From assembly GCA_049999805.1 (NCBI GenBank), contig JBNGIO010006274.1, positions 143,818 through 207,817 of the forward strand: a stretch of 64,000 nucleotides of DNA. Reading direction: 5' to 3'. The notes beneath the pieces are model-generated. The model ran no database searches and had not been told where the DNA came from. It saw only the letters and a program-made list of their open reading frames with translations. Of this stretch, positions 22,301 to 35,366 are shown in pieces; position 1 is the stretch's first letter, and each line of letters starts with the position of its first letter. This DNA is from Folioceros fuciformis. Its lineage: Eukaryota. A program made the position numbers and the translations under genes.

Positions 22301-23335
22301 CCTCAGGAAGATGACAGCGTGGAAGATGATCTAGAGCCGGAAACTGATGGTGATGGAGATGGAGACGACATCGAGCACAAGATTACCATGGTCGGATTCG
22401 AGTATGGCGACGCAGGCCGAGCACGCTTGCAGCAAGAAACTGAGGAGGAGACTCGAGGAGGAAGAATCGAAGAGGAGGTAGGTACGGAGAGACGGTTGAC
22501 CAGTCGTAGGGATGCTCGAAGGCTGAGAAGAGGTGACGCCATTCTGGAGCAGATTGACGCATGGCTAGACGTGGAAACTGCACGTGAAGCGCCCAAGAGC
22601 AGTGAAGGGGAGAGCAGCGAAGAGCAGAAAAATGTCATCGTGGTTGGGAGCCCAACCCGGCATGGGAAGGAGGAACCTCTGCTGGACGAAATTCTGCATG
22701 ACATGCTGGATGCGCATCTCAGCAACTCAGCTGACGCCGAGGAGGTGGACGAGGACGAGAAGTTACGTCAGCTGGGCAAGTCCAATCTGGACAAATGGTT
22801 GCACGTTCTCCTTCATAAGGAGGCCGTTGCAGCGGAGGAGCCTTCCAACATCGAAGGTGATGGCAATGCAGAAGTCTGCCCGGGAACCCCACAGGCGGAG
22901 GACGAATCCTTGGAAAGATTGAGGATGGACTTCACTAACGCGGTGGCCAAAGAAAGGTCAGAGCAGGAGATCAATGGCGAAAAACCAACAGGCCTCCTGG
23001 TTGCCTTGCTGAAGAAACTGAGCTTCCGACCTCCGGTGGAAACCAAACACTGGCTGCGGTCTTCTCTCTCAGTCAAACGCACAGAAGAGGCGAAAGGTGT
23101 GTGCGAAGAGCAAGAGGGAACATTCCATGGTGGAGCAGAAGTAGAAGAAATTCCCGCAGCGACGGCAGTGGCTGGCCGCACCAGTGACGAGGATGCTTGC
23201 GGAGGCGTTGGGGGAGATTTTGCCGCACCCTCATCGTCACTGCGAGCTTCGATCAAAGCCTGCACGGTAGCATGGAAACGAGCAGTGAAGAAGATGGAGA
23301 CTCGGCCAGTTTCAACGACGTGGGCACTGTTGTAA
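19331..23335 (+). CDS. Multi-exon protein with HNH endonuclease domain, TRF/telobox-type Myb domain, coiled coil and acidic low-complexity C-terminus
   Basis: N-terminal DPQLGYPRGYAKLCR...GPPQRFIPY; HNH region FRVDMYGNVLY...AWEIDHWFPHS|RGGKTVMSNLRVLQWQTNQRKSNK; Myb RRRWSLEEEEALRRAVHKFGPGSWKEIK...LAGRSTVQIKDK|YRLL; coiled coil and a long last exon ending TAA at 23335. Confidence 0.8.
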
Positions 23336-23659
23336 CTGGCCTCCATAGGATTTTTTCACGTACTCACGTGCAAATTTTGGGACGTCTTCGTTGTACATAA
23401 AGTATTTTGGATAGGTAGCGCATGCGTCTGAGGAAATCATTCGCGGATTTTCTGATGAAATTGGTGTTTGATGTTAAACGGTTTACGGTTTAGAGTTTTC
23501 GGATACGAAATCGAAAACTGGTAGTGGCTGTGGTGGGAGATTCTGGTGACAGTTTGGCGCGCTGGAGCATCAGACATCATGAACGTATTTTTTATTTGTC
23601 CTAATCTATTTCATTACAAACGGCCTGCCATGTATCTTCAGGACCGGTCATCGAAGGCG

Positions 23660-24290
23660 CCACTGTTCTGCAGTTATAATTGCAGACCAATCGTTCTTGA
23701 GAAGCTCTGCGTCCATGATGAGTTCACAGAACGTACGAAATCCTGCGCCGCTGCTGGGACCACCAACTCCCAACCTGGTCTTCGTCGTGCAGTGGAGGGG
23801 AATATGCTGGAACATGAGACCTTGTCTCATTTGTCAACTTAGTGACAAATAGGCGAGAGATGTGCATGGGCGGCTACTATGTGTGCTCGTTCGCTTCTAA
23901 TGCTGCGTCTACACAGATTGCTCCAAATGCACTGCGTGACCCAGAACACTCACCGGCTGCACACCGGTGCATGCTGCCGCCTGCAGAGGTCCGTTATTGA
24001 CACTGTTAGTCCAAGCGGGAGTGGTAAGTGGCTCGGAAGTTCCAGATGTATCTTGGTGTATAGCTGACAGTTTCTAGGAAAGGGTGTGCCCCTTTCCCAA
24101 GTATGTACGACTCCAATATACTGGCTCGGCGACCCGGAGCGGATATCGAAGCTTTATCCGCCAAGCCACGAGCCATGTCTTGGTCAATGTTGAGCAAGCA
24201 ATTTTCCAGCTCCGTAACAAGTATCTCGTTCACATCACCTACTGGTGCACCACTGGAAGTGAATACCTGAAAGAACGTAAGATGTCCCAA
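23660..24290 (-). pseudogene. Inverted, degenerate partial duplicate of the last two nicastrin exons
   Basis: The minus strand reads DVNEILVTELENCLLNIDQD...ILGKGAHPFLETVSYTPRYIWNFRATY, versus nicastrin (33424-33650) DVNETLVQELVNCLLKIDED...VLGKPSANPFLETVSYTSQFIWNFLASY. Bases 23700-23816 are similar to the reverse complement of 33870-33990. Indels and stops are present. Confidence 0.88.
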
Positions 24291-24294
24291 GTAG

Positions 24295-24500
24295 CAAGCA
24301 TGTATGGCCGGGGGAGCCGTTGTGATCATTTCTCCATTTTTCTGCTGTGGTGCATTGCAAGACTATGTGCAGGAGAAACGGAATCCCATGGTCCACCCAC
24401 CAACCACACATCAACTCTCTCACCACCATCTCCACTCTAAGTTTCAACCCATGGCTATGTCTAGTTGGTTCTCCAACTAGATCTATTGTTTCTTCGTATC
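24295..24500 (-). mobile_element. Degenerate Ty1/copia integrase fragment
   Basis: Across frameshifts the minus strand gives ENQL..KLRV..DGGE...DHGI...APQQKNG, resembling the copia integrase ENQ..IKxLRSDxGGE...GI...PQQNG pattern. Confidence 0.45.
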
Positions 24501-26966
24501 ATTGCATCTTCATAGAGATTTCCATTTTGGCAGCTTCAAGTGCTAATAGGCACTGAGAAAAAGCTGCTAACCCAGCAGCAAGCAACAATGTCCTTGCCCA
24601 ATCGAGTAGAAGACTTCCAGTGCTTCACTATTCTATATTGTAGACCTTATTGCACAATCGACAATGTCATCCTTCAATGCCATCCTTCTCCTAGTCTACC
24701 TTCTTCATTTTTCTGCATTGTACACCTTCTTGCACAAACGACAATGTCATCCTTCACCTAGTCGTCTTTTAACCGATTAAAGCTGGACTCTCTAGTGTTG
24801 CAAGCGCACCCGACCACTAATCTTGTGGCAGTCATCTTGTAGATAGTATCGTACATAAAGGCTTAGACTAGATGATCCATAGAGGTAAGCCTATAGGAAG
24901 GATACGTCTCTCTCGAGGAGTATGGAGTTTTTGTGTGCTGCTTTTGTGTTCCTTGGAAAAGGGGCTCTCTTAGGGGCTTCTCGCGATAGTTTAAATAGTA
25001 GGGCATTGGAGCTGGTACTACGTATGTACATGATTCCGTCTTCCTATCCTTTCTGCCCCTCTCCCTCCTCCTCCTCCTCCTCCTCCTTTGCGTGTGGCTG
25101 CAGGTGGACAGAAATGGAGTCCCGGTCTGAAAATCAAAGTGTTACAGGGACAGGGCTCAGTGACCTAAGTTTGTTAGATGCCCGCGCAATCCTCGGTTTC
25201 ACCTGGAACTTTGGAGTGGAAAACTCCAAGTTGAAGCCTGTGTGTCCGTGGGCCAGGTTGCCGGCCCGCTCAGATATTTTGGCTGGTTCGTATGTACACA
25301 TACAGTACTTGGATGCTGCTGCCTTGCGAAGATAGGAAGGAACCACGATCCTGTGATCCCCCGAGCACGGCGTGCTCTTCTCCCCAAGATCCTGCGGTTA
25401 ACACGCCATTTCTTTCTCTTCTGTATCTATTAGGGAGACCGGACAGGAACCCACACGAAAGCCGCTTCAAACTGGAGCCGTGGCTGGGCGTATGGTGAAA
25501 ACAGCAATCCCGATACTCGTTGATGAAATCGATATGACTTGAACAGCAACCCGATGAAATATCCGAGATGAGAGGGCCGTTGGAGTTACATGCGGAGCGG
25601 AGCGCTGATGTTATACCATAATCTGTTGTGTAAGAGAAGAAGCGAGGAGATGACGATGGGCAGCAAGCTCAAGCGAGAGGGAACGATAATTGGAAAAAGC
25701 CGTTGCATTGAAAGTGGGGGAAGTAAACGTAAGCAAGTGTGGTCCGGCCCGTGTGGGCGTGGGGAGAAGAATAACTACGAGGGTACTGCGCACAGTTAGA
25801 TTTTTGGGATATTGTGCCTGCTTGCTACAAACAAACCTGTGAATCATAGTAAATTATTGAACTGGAAACGTGGAGCGCGGAGAGCCCCGGTTTGACCGGG
25901 TTTGTGTCGGTGGGCGATGTGCGGTGTGCGGTGCATCCTCGGGGCCGTGAAGTGGGGCGGGGTTTAGGGTTTTGCAGAGCGCGCAATTTGCAGGGAGAGG
26001 TGGGCCTGGGAGAGGAGGTATGGCGCGCTTGCTGCAGCCAAGCGGAGCGGGGAGCCGAGTCCCAGTCCCAGCCCGAGAGCCCGTCACAAAAGGAAGGTGT
26101 TCCCTCCCAGGGAACCTAGGGGGACTGGGCCCATGGCCCGAAGCCCAAGGCCTCCAATGGCCCAATAAGCACACCCACCTGGGCGGGCCTTTGTGTTGCA
26201 AACCCCAGCAGTGCACCCCACTGGACATGCTCGCATCAACCGTCGTCCAACAAAAAACTTTTGTTTATGACCGTGGCCGGGACTGGGATCTGGATCGGGA
26301 CTCCCCGCCAACGCAACTGTAGGCTCGTCCTTGCCTTCTCTTTACATATCCATGTGTTCAGTACCATAGCGAAATCATTTCTTCCCGCCAAGCTCGGGCC
26401 TTGGCACTCTGAGTGGCAGGTAGGGAGCGACCTGTCAGCTCCTTTCTTTCATCAGCCGAACAACTCGCCGCCACCAGCAAGCAAGCAGAAACAATTGCAG
26501 CGGCATCCAGCAGGAACAACAACAGTGAACAGCAATCGCATCGGCTGGCTACCGCGAATCCTTCTTCTCTCCCGCCATCGCCTTTCCCCATTGCTGCCTG
26601 CCTGCCTGCCTGCGTGTCTGCCTGCTTGTCTGCCTGCTGTTTCCCCTGTTGCTTCTGTTTGCTAGCAGCAGCTGCTGCTGCTACAGCTCCTGCTCCGCCT
26701 CCGCCTCTTGCTGCTCCTGTTGCCAGCTTCACCACCCGGCAATGCTGCTTCCCATCGGCTTTAGATACCACGAGCAGCGGAAGCCGCAGCAGCTGCACCC
26801 CCCGGCTGCCCTCCCCTAGATCGCCGCCTCGGCGCTGGCCGGAGCGAGCAGCTCGCCCATGGAGGCTTAGCTGGGGTGCGGGTGTGGCGTGGCGTGGCGT
26901 GGCGTGGCGTGACGTTGTGAGGGGGAAGACGGGAGGTCTCTGCTCAGGTGTCGGGCCTTCACGCCC

Positions 26967-29383
26967 ATGTCTCTCACCAATGCCTTCCTCCCCGAGCTCG
27001 TGGTAGAGCGCGGATCCTGGGGCGACGAAGCGGTTGGAGACGGCGATGTCGTCTCGCAGCTGGCCGCGCTCTGGCTGCGCTTGCGGGCGCCCGTCGTCGC
27101 CCCGCTGCTGCAGGCCGCCGTCTACCTGTGCCTGCTCATGGTGTTTATGCTGTTTCTGGAGAGAGTTTACATGGCTGTCGTGCTCCTCCTCGTCAAGGTC
27201 CTGGCCTTGTTCCGCAGGCTCAGAGTCCCCAAGTTGGAGCCTGTAGAGGGGGACATTGAGATGGGAAGCCATGTCCAGGGGGATTGCCCCGTCGTGCTCG
27301 TCCAGATTCCCATGTATAACGAGAAGGAGGTGAGTCCCTGCCGCTTTCTTTCATCATTCCTCTTCTCTTGTTCCTGGGCTTGACCGTCTTCTTGCCCTTC
27401 CTTGCCGCCCCAGGTGTACCAGTTATCCATTCAAGCTGCGTGCGGCCTGGTATGGCCCGCGGATCGCATCATCATCCAGGTGCTGGACGACTCCACGGAC
27501 CCCCAGATCAAGGTCAGCATGCTTTTCCTCCGCCGCGCTCAGTTGAGCCGCCTGCTTCCTTGTGGAATTCGTCAGCTTGCCTGGAATCCCACGAGTATTG
27601 ATCGGAAGGCAGCGCATGCGCATCGTGGCAGGCCATGGTGGAGATGGAGTGCCAGAGATGGAGGAGCAAGGGTATCAATATCAAATACGAGACCCGCGAG
27701 AATCGAAAGGGCTACAAGGCGGGGGCACTCCGAGCGGGAATGGAGAAGGAGTACGTTCGGACGTGCGAGTTCGTGGCAATATTCGACGCCGACTTCCAGC
27801 CGCAACCGGAGTTCCTCCAGCTCACATTGCCGCATCTGCGGAAGGACCCTCAGCTTGCCTTGGTGCAGGCGCGCTGGGCTTTCGGTAAGTATCGCAACCG
27901 AACTCTCCTCTCACTCTTGCTGCTTACCTTTCTTCTTCTTCTCTACCCCGCCTTCGCTTATGAACCACACTTGGCATTGTATGCAGTTAACAACAACGAA
28001 TGCTTGCTTACGAAGATGCAAGACATGTCCCTGGGCTACCATTTCTCCGTGGAGCAACCGGTGGGATCTGGATGTCACTCCTTTTTCGGCTTCAATGGTA
28101 GGTTTTACGCCGGCTCTCGTTCCGACCTTTCATCCTTGCACACTCCAATTCAATTCTCTCAGCCACCTTGCTTGCTCTCTCCCACTTTTGTCAGGCACCG
28201 CGGGAGTGTGGCGGATATCTGCTATCAGCGAGGCAGGCGGGTGGAACGATCGCACAACAGTGGAGGACATGGATCTGGCAGTTCGTGCCAGCCTCAAAGG
28301 TTGGAAGTTTCTTTTCAGAGGAGACATCAAGGTCAAAAGCGAGCTCCCAAGTACCTTCAAAGCGTACCGTTACCAGCAGCATCGCTGGTCCTGCGGACCA
28401 GCCAGTCTGTTCCGAAGGATTCTTCCACAAATTTTGAAAAACAAGGTCAGTTCTGTCGTTGCTCTTCCCTTCTTTTGCCAGGGAAAGAACCGCCTGTGTT
28501 CGACTTGCTCACCCGAGTGTTTCATGATATGCAATGGCCAGAGAGTTTCCCTCTACACCAAATGGCACATCATCTACTCGTTCTTTGTGGTGAGGAAATT
28601 GGTTGCGCATCTCGTGACTTTCTTCTTCTTCTCCCTCATCATTCCTGCCACCGTCCTTGTTCCCGAAGTTCGCTTACCTGTATGGGGAACAATTTATGCG
28701 CCTTCCGTCATCACGTTTCTCAACGCGGCGGTCAGCTTCAGGTACACATCCACTGCTTCTTCACCCATTACGCACTCCTGACTGTTCTCTGGGATATCTT
28801 CCTCCTCACCGTGCTGCCCACCCTGTTGTGATGATCCTACAGGTCCCTTCATCTGCTAGTGTTCTGGATCCTGTTCGAGAATGTCATGTCGCTGCACAGA
28901 AGCAAAGCTACTATCATCGGCCTTTTCGACCTCGGGCGTGTCAATGAGTGGATTGTCACCGAGAAGCTGGGCGACGTCATGAAACTCAAGTCTGTTGCTC
29001 TCAAATTGGGCAAGAGACGAATGAAATTTGGAGAAAGGTGAGCGGCCTGCACAAACATCAACCACTCACTCTCTCCTTCCTTCTCCCCTTTCACCTGACA
29101 GTTGTGCGAACACCCACCCGCCGTGGCAGCTCTCTCCCATGCCCCTGCCTTGACAGTTGCAGGGCGATGTCCCACTCTGATTTTCTGTCCTCTTCTTGTC
29201 GGTACGTGTGTTCGACTTTGCAGGCTCCACGCGCTCGAGCTCTTCACCGCCTTTTACCTCTTCTTCTGCGCTTCATACGACTTGGCATTCGGAAGAAATT
29301 ACTTTTGGATCTACTTGTACAGTCAATCCGTGGCGTACTTCATTTGTGGCTTTGGCTACGTTGGGACCATTGTCCCGTCCTAG
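26967..29383 (+). CDS. CSLA: Cellulose synthase-like A (glucomannan 4-beta-mannosyltransferase, GT2), multi-exon
   Basis: Exons encode VLVQIPMYNEKE, IQVLDDSTD, NRKGYKAGAL, VAIFDADFQP, LVQARW, FGFNGTAGVWR, TVEDMDLAVRA, QQHRWSCGP, FWILFENVMS, EWIVTEKLG and GFGYVGTIVPS*. Confidence 0.96.
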
Positions 29384-29661
29384 TAATTTACATGCGTACG
29401 TATTACGCAATCGGAAGGAAACAATTATTGCCTGCTTCGCTTCCGCCCCTCCCACTCTCTCCCTGCGTGCATCATGTGGCGTGGAAGGTCACGTTCATTT
29501 CACGTCGTGGTGGAGCCGAGCTCCTGCACGGTCTTACTTTCAGCCTCTCTGAACACATACTCTCTCGTGCAAACAAAGAAGAAAACGAAAAAGAGCGGAA
29601 CACTCATTTACAAAACGTCAGGCCGAGTACAGCGATATCGGGCAACATTTCACCCGTTTTC

Positions 29662-30426
29662 TCACAAGGCCTTGAGAATTTCCTCTGCCCCACTGATAGT
29701 GAAGGCACCGCCCTCCTCCAGATTCAGAACCTTCACGACGCCGTCATCGGCAAGCAGGGCGTAGCGGCGTGATCGGATCCCCAGGAGGGCCGGCTTGTCG
29801 CTCAGATCCACCGCAACGCCCAGTGCCTTGGTGAAAACGGCGTTACCGTCGGAGAGCAGCAGCACCTTATCCCCCACTCCCACACTCTCGCCCCAGGCAC
29901 GAAGCACGAAGGTGTCGTTCACAGACACGCAGGCGATGGTGTCCACGCCCTTGGCCCGCAGCTCGTCCGCCTTTTCCAAGAAGCCTGGCAAGTGCTTCTG
30001 CGAGCAGGTCGGGGTGAAGGCCCCGGGCACCGCGAAGAGCACCACCTTCTTTCCCTTGGTCAGCTCCGACACCTTCACCACCTGTATGTTCCCTTCCTGA
30101 TCGAAGTAGGAGAGCTCCGCCTCCGGGAGCTTCTCTCCAACCGAGATGCTCCTGGACGGCGCAGCTGTGGCCGGCACGCTCGCCCCCGCCGCTGTGGCCA
30201 TACACCGCACCAAAGGCGCCAGCGCTCTCAGCCCCTTGAGAGGCGCCGCTACGGCCCGCATTCCTGCCAACCCTTGCACCTGAGCCTGCAGCTGCTGCCC
30301 AATCTGCGGCGGAGAATTCCATCTCCCAGTCGCCACGGCCGACCGCGGCCGGGGCCCGGACGACAGCGCCAGAGATCGCCCACAGGCGGAGAAGGTGGAT
30401 GCCATGTTGCTGGCGGTGGAGGCCAT
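29662..30426 (-). CDS. PRXIIE: Type II peroxiredoxin, plastid-targeted, intronless
   Basis: A Ser/Ala/Arg-rich transit peptide followed by [43 protein letters not shown] and LNLEEGGAF. Confidence 0.95.
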   Translation of the reverse strand: MASTASNMASTFSACGRSLALSSGPRPRSAVATGRWNSPPQIGQQLQAQVQGLAGMRAVAAPLKGLRALAPLVRCMATAAGASVPATAAPSRSISVGEKLPEAELSYFDQEGNIQVVKVSELTKGKKVVLFAVPGAFTPTCSQKHLPGFLEKADELRAKGVDTIACVSVNDTFVLRAWGESVGVGDKVLLLSDGNAVFTKALGVAVDLSDKPALLGIRSRRYALLADDGVVKVLNLEEGGAFTISGAEEILKAL

Positions 30427-30619
30427 ATCTCCTGCTGAGACCCTTGCTTCTTGGGGCTGCTCACTGCTGATTTTGCGATGGACAGGGTAGTGATAACCCC
30501 GAGTCCAGCAGGCAACAGACCTAGTGTTTCCCCTTCCTCCTCGTCAAGAACGAGCTAGGCTAAGCGTGCAAACGAAGCGGGGGCCGACACGGTCGACCCA
30601 CCGTTCCGGCTAGCCCGCC

Positions 30620-33600
30620 ATGGCTGTCCCTGTCATCGTCCACCTGTTCCTCTGGTTGCTGCTGCCTGCCACCTCCCCTGGCCTCGCGTTCTGCGCCCCG
30701 CTGCGATCCGTGCCCGAGCTCGACGCTGCCATGTACCAAGTCCTGGACGCCACTCCGTGCGTCAGGCTGCTCAATCTCACGGGAGAGGTTGGTTGCGCCA
30801 GTAAGCTCCATCCGGTCTCTGCATCCTCTGCTGGTGTGCTGTCCCCGCTCTCGTCCGAGTGCACAGTTGCTCATCTCAGGCCGTGGGGTGCAGATCCTGG
30901 GAGGCTCAAAGTGAGAGCTCCTATTTGGCACTTCGCGGACCTCAGCACCTCGCTCCCGGAGCCTGTCTCCGTTCTCCTCCCATCGTCTGAGCTGCGGGAA
31001 TTCCTGTCCAGGTTTATGTTGTACCTGGCTCTTCGTTCGCAACTCCAGCCCCATGTCCGTGGGGTACTTAATTTTTCTGCCTGGTGCAGGGGTGTGCACC
31101 AATTTGCACCACTGGTGGCAGGGATTCTGGTGGAATATGAGGATGGCAACGACACATCTGGTATTCCTTCCATTCCGTCTGCTTGTGGTTTAAAGACTTG
31201 AGTGTCGGGAACACGGTGCTGAGGGCTCATTGCGTGCTGGATTTTCAGCAGTCTTCTCTGCTGACTCAACTTTCCCACAAGCACCGTTCTCGGGCTACGG
31301 CGATGGCTACGTGTGGAATCCTACGGTGACAATGATTTCCTCGCTCTCGGTCGTTGGGTGACGCCCCGTCAGCAATTCTTTGATATAGCTTTCATGTCTG
31401 TTCAGGGATCTGGTCTTGTGCACGGCGTTTTCAACATTCCCGTTTTCCAGCTCTCCCCGCAGAGTACCGTTTCCGCTCGCGAGGTATTACCCGACAACTT
31501 GGCGGATGCTAGTGCTTACCGTGTATCATGGGACCGACTGAACGTGCGTGCAAAACAGGTAGCGTCTAAGAACCGGGAGAGCAATCTGCAGTATCCGGTG
31601 CATGTTGCGGAATTCGACTTGGTTATGCAGGTCAGCTTGTTTCTTCGTGCTTGTGTCTCTGCGCAAGGTGCTCCAGGCGCCTGGTGGACAGGGCCGTGTC
31701 GTGGTGGGAAATTCCTGAGGTCTGAATCCTTTGCAGACAACCAAGTCAGGGACAAGAACATCAAAATCATGTCTGGAAGAGCGGTCGTGCTTGCCTTTGG
31801 GGGGTTACAGGTCAGTCGAAAATATATGCCCAAACACCCTTGAAGATAGGCTTGTTCTTGTCTGCATAGTTCGTGAGTCCCGTCTGTTCCTAACGGTAGA
31901 GGCCTTCTGGTGGCACGAATGCAGTGTGTTGTCGGCGCTTCCACCTTTTAACTCATCATCAGCTTGCGGAAAACCTGCTGTCCTTGCTATGGCATCGATG
32001 GATTCCATGTCCTTGTTCAGGGATTTAACACCAGGCGCTGACTCGCCACTCTCTGTGAGTCTCAACTGGAGGCGTTCTTGAATGCTTCAGCCCTTTACCC
32101 GGAGAGCTGTGAAACTTGGTGACTAGTGCGTTAACCTGATCTTGGTCAGATCTCTATCTGGCAAGCTATAGGTCTGTTCTTCACAGGTCAAGGATCAGCT
32201 TTCATTTAGCGTATCACAGTTTCCTTCATCATTAATGCCTCGGCAAATATGGTATTCGCAGGGCATGATTGCTCTGCTAGCTGCAGCGGATGCTTTGGGG
32301 AGGCGGGGTTCTGCCCATTTGTGGAAAATGCAGGTCATAACCTTTCGTATGCTTATGCTTCACCTGTTTCTGTGGAACTGAGCACTTGATCTTTCTTAGC
32401 TACAAGGTTTGCAAAACGAGCTGCCTGTTACTCTGCAGACTCTTTTTTACGTCAAAAAGACACAAAAAAATTGTTCTGTCCTCTGTGCAGGTGGTCTTCC
32501 TCTTTCTGGCAGGAGAACCATGGGGATACATTGGGAGTCGCCAATTTTTTGCATCGTTGGCAGCAAATGCACCTCCATTGGCTGACCTTGATCCTTCTTG
32601 CATTCACCAGGTGAGTTCTTATTCAAAACGTGAAGAGTGTTCTGGTGAATTGTAAAACTTCTCTGAATGACCATAATTTGAGTTCTTTGTACCATCAGAT
32701 TCTTGAGATTGGCTCTGTCGGACGGGCCTCCGACTTGGGCTTGACTACCCTATATGCCCACAAGCAACCTGGCCAGGTCTGAATGGAATGCTAAAGGCTT
32801 CGTTTCTTCACAAGATTACCTGTGTTGCTGTTTTTCTCCTAAACCTCCGTGCTGTGGGCATCTTGTGATTAGGGTGGGGAGTCCGCTTCAGTAATGGGAA
32901 TACTTGATGCTTTGCAAGTCTCTGCTGGCGTGCCAGGTTCAAGTATTGAGGTTAAAGATGCGAGCACATCGAATCCGGGGCTCCCACCTTCGTCATTAAG
33001 CTATTTCTTACAGAAGGTTAAACTTTACCTTACTGTTTTTTACCATCTCAAGTTTTCACAGAGTGAGTCTTAAAGTTCACAGTGTTCTGCAGAATGAGAC
33101 CTTTGCAGGTGTTTTACTCGAAGAATTTGATACAGCCTTTGTAAATCGAGCCTTCCACAGCCATTTTGACACTCACGGTACATCTCCCCACCTTCAGGAA
33201 GAAGTCAATTCCAATACTAGGACCATACTTAATAAGAGTCAGAGTGGATACTCATGGTTGCAGCAAACTCATGAGCTGTGGGATTATCGAAGCGAATCAT
33301 TGAGCGTGCCGCTAAGATTTGTTTGTTTTGCAGTGAACGTTACTTCCCTTGCTGAAGCGGCACGCCTCCTAGCTCGAACATTATATGTCCTTGCTAGTGA
33401 TTCAGCTTCGGGTGTTGCAGCAGTAGATGTGAACGAGACGCTTGTTCAGGAGCTGGTGAATTGTTTGCTCAAGATTGACGAAGACGTGGGTTGTGACTTG
33501 GTGGATAAATATTCAATATCAGCTCCAAGGTCGGCAAGCCATTATGTGGGAGTCGTACTTGGGAAACCTTCGGCGAATCCTTTCCTAGAAACTGTCAGCT

Positions 33601-34133
33601 ATACATCACAATTCATCTGGAATTTCCTAGCCAGTTACGGCCCCCGTTTGGACGAACAGTTTGCAGAAAAGACGGCTGCAGGACATCAGCTTGCCGAATG
33701 TTCAGGGACATGCAGCGGATATGGAGAAGTATGTGTTGGCTCCACTTCGAAGAGCAAAGGGGTCTGTCTCCCTACAAACACACGGTAGGCAGCCGTGCAG
33801 ACCCCTACACTACCCCTCGCTCATCTGTCCTTGAGTGACACTGCTAACTGTACGTATCCTTGTTGCAGATATGTTCCAGCCTATTCCCCTCGATTGCATT
33901 ATGGAGATGGAGGTTGGGAGTTGGTCCCAGCAGCGGCGGAGGATGTCATGGGTTCTGTGGACCCAGTATGGACGGAGAGCTTCTGGAGAACAACTGGTCT
34001 GAGATTATTTGTGCAGGACAGTGGCGCGTTCGATAACTTGGTGTTACTGTCAGGCGTGTGTACCACTGCAGTATCCCTCCTTGCAATTGCATGCACTAAA
34101 GCTTTGTTCAGGAAGAGATTGAAGGAAGCATGA
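30620..34133 (+). CDS. NCSTN: Nicastrin (gamma-secretase subunit), multi-exon
   Basis: Signal peptide; PCVRLLNLTGEVGCA, CLPLGGYSV, SMDSMSLFRDLTPGADSPL, GEPWGYIGSRQF (DYIGS-type motif), NPGLPPSSL, YVPAYSPRL, DPVWTESFW and a C-terminal TM helix. Confidence 0.93.
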
Positions 34134-34345
34134 ATTGAAATCACGGACGACGAGTGGAATGTGACCGAGGGTTTAGGGTTTAGGGACTATGAATCCTTAT
34201 TTTAGTAAGGGTTCGTGGTCTTAGAAGTCAAAATCAGGAGTTAGAAACCCAAGTCCGTGACTTAGTAACTAAACTATTGAATGCTGTCATACCGTGCATG
34301 CCAGGCAGCTCTGCCAGAGGCACAATCATGGCCTCGAGTTATCCG

Positions 34346-34430
34346 CAGTGTTGTCCAATAACGTGTGTTAATATCTGCCATTACAGTAAGGAGTAACGGC
34401 AGATATTAACTCATGTGCCTGAACAAGCCG
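34346..34430. repeat. Short fold-back inverted repeat
   Basis: The core GTTAATATCTGCC-a-TTAC agtaagga GTAA-c-GGCAGATATTAAC spans 34367-34410, with imperfect pairing extending outward. Confidence 0.8.
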
Positions 34431-34551
34431 CCCACTTTGGAGATGGACTAGGATCGGTCAGGATTGCGTTCCTTCCATCTGCTCCTTCTGGCCCCCATCC
34501 TGTTACCAGAGTCTTCCGGAGCAACCAAAGTCATTGTTTGCTCCTGGGACA

Positions 34552-34652
34552 GCCCTTTTCTTAACAGCTTGGCCTCCGACCATTAAAAGAAAAGGAGTAG
34601 CGCCTTTTTTCTTGACAACTTGGCCTCTGACCATTAGAAGAAAAAGAGTAAC
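34552..34652. repeat. About 51-bp tandem duplication
   Basis: cttttctt(a/g)aca(g/a)cttggcctc(c/t)gaccatta(a/g)aagaaaa(g/a)gagta occurs twice. Confidence 0.8.
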
Positions 34653-35197
34653 GACGCTGGTTTGAGTGCCATGCAAAAAATCTCCATCCATACGCATGTT
34701 TAGTAGAGCTGCTTACTAATACAAAGAGCATGATAAGCATGCAGCCCTTGGAGTGATCCGATGGCATGCTCAAGAGGTTTGGATGGAGGCCGGCAAGTGG
34801 TTGCAATACCTCTTCCCAGCCACCAATGTTGTCGTTACAAAACAGATAACTCTCTTTGGTAGTAGGGAGTCCTCTTGCAAGCTGCTATTTCGGTGCTAAT
34901 TATGGGCCTATTGTGGAGCTCTTGGCTCTTGGGCTTATGGATCAACTAGGCAGCAATGGTTTGAGGGAGAAAGACCTATGGTCAATTAGGATTTGCGAGC
35001 ATATTTTGATTGCTGTAGAGGGGATAAAGACAACGTTCTTGAGCAAGTTCAAGTGCCAGGATTGGAGATGGGAAAGCTTCTCTCCTCTCGGGAGGGGGAT
35101 GATGTCGAACCTCTCGTGTCATGGCAGAGGGTAATGTCTTTCTGTCGTCTTCAACATTAGAGTAGAGGCTCCTACATTATGAGCAGCTCTGTATGCA

Positions 35198-35366
35198 GCC
35201 TTAGAGGCACATTAAGGGAGTAAGCTTTAGAGGCACATTAAGCGAGTAAGCTTTAGAGGCACATTCATGCCTTAGAGGCACATTAAGCGAGTAAGCTTTA
35301 GAGGCACATTCATGCCTTAGAGGCACATTCGCCTTAGACGCATGTTCAAGCCTTAGAGGCACATTT
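35198..35366. repeat. Minisatellite built on ttagaggcacatt (about 8 copies with alternating spacers)
   Basis: The core ttagaggcacatt is followed by aagcgagtaagct or catgcc spacers. Confidence 0.88.

Noticed and set aside
24922-25500. 137-aa ORF and neighbouring frames
   Set aside because: No family recognised and no consistent exon chain could be built; possibly a gene relic, but unsupported.
26358-27272. 304-aa minus-strand ORF and 197-aa plus-strand ORF upstream of CSLA
   Set aside because: These are shadow frames over CSLA exon 1 and a GC-rich, microsatellite-containing leader.
35198-35366. Repeat-spacer pattern resembling a CRISPR array
   Set aside because: The spacers are short and themselves repeated, there are no cas genes, and the context is eukaryotic; it is a minisatellite.
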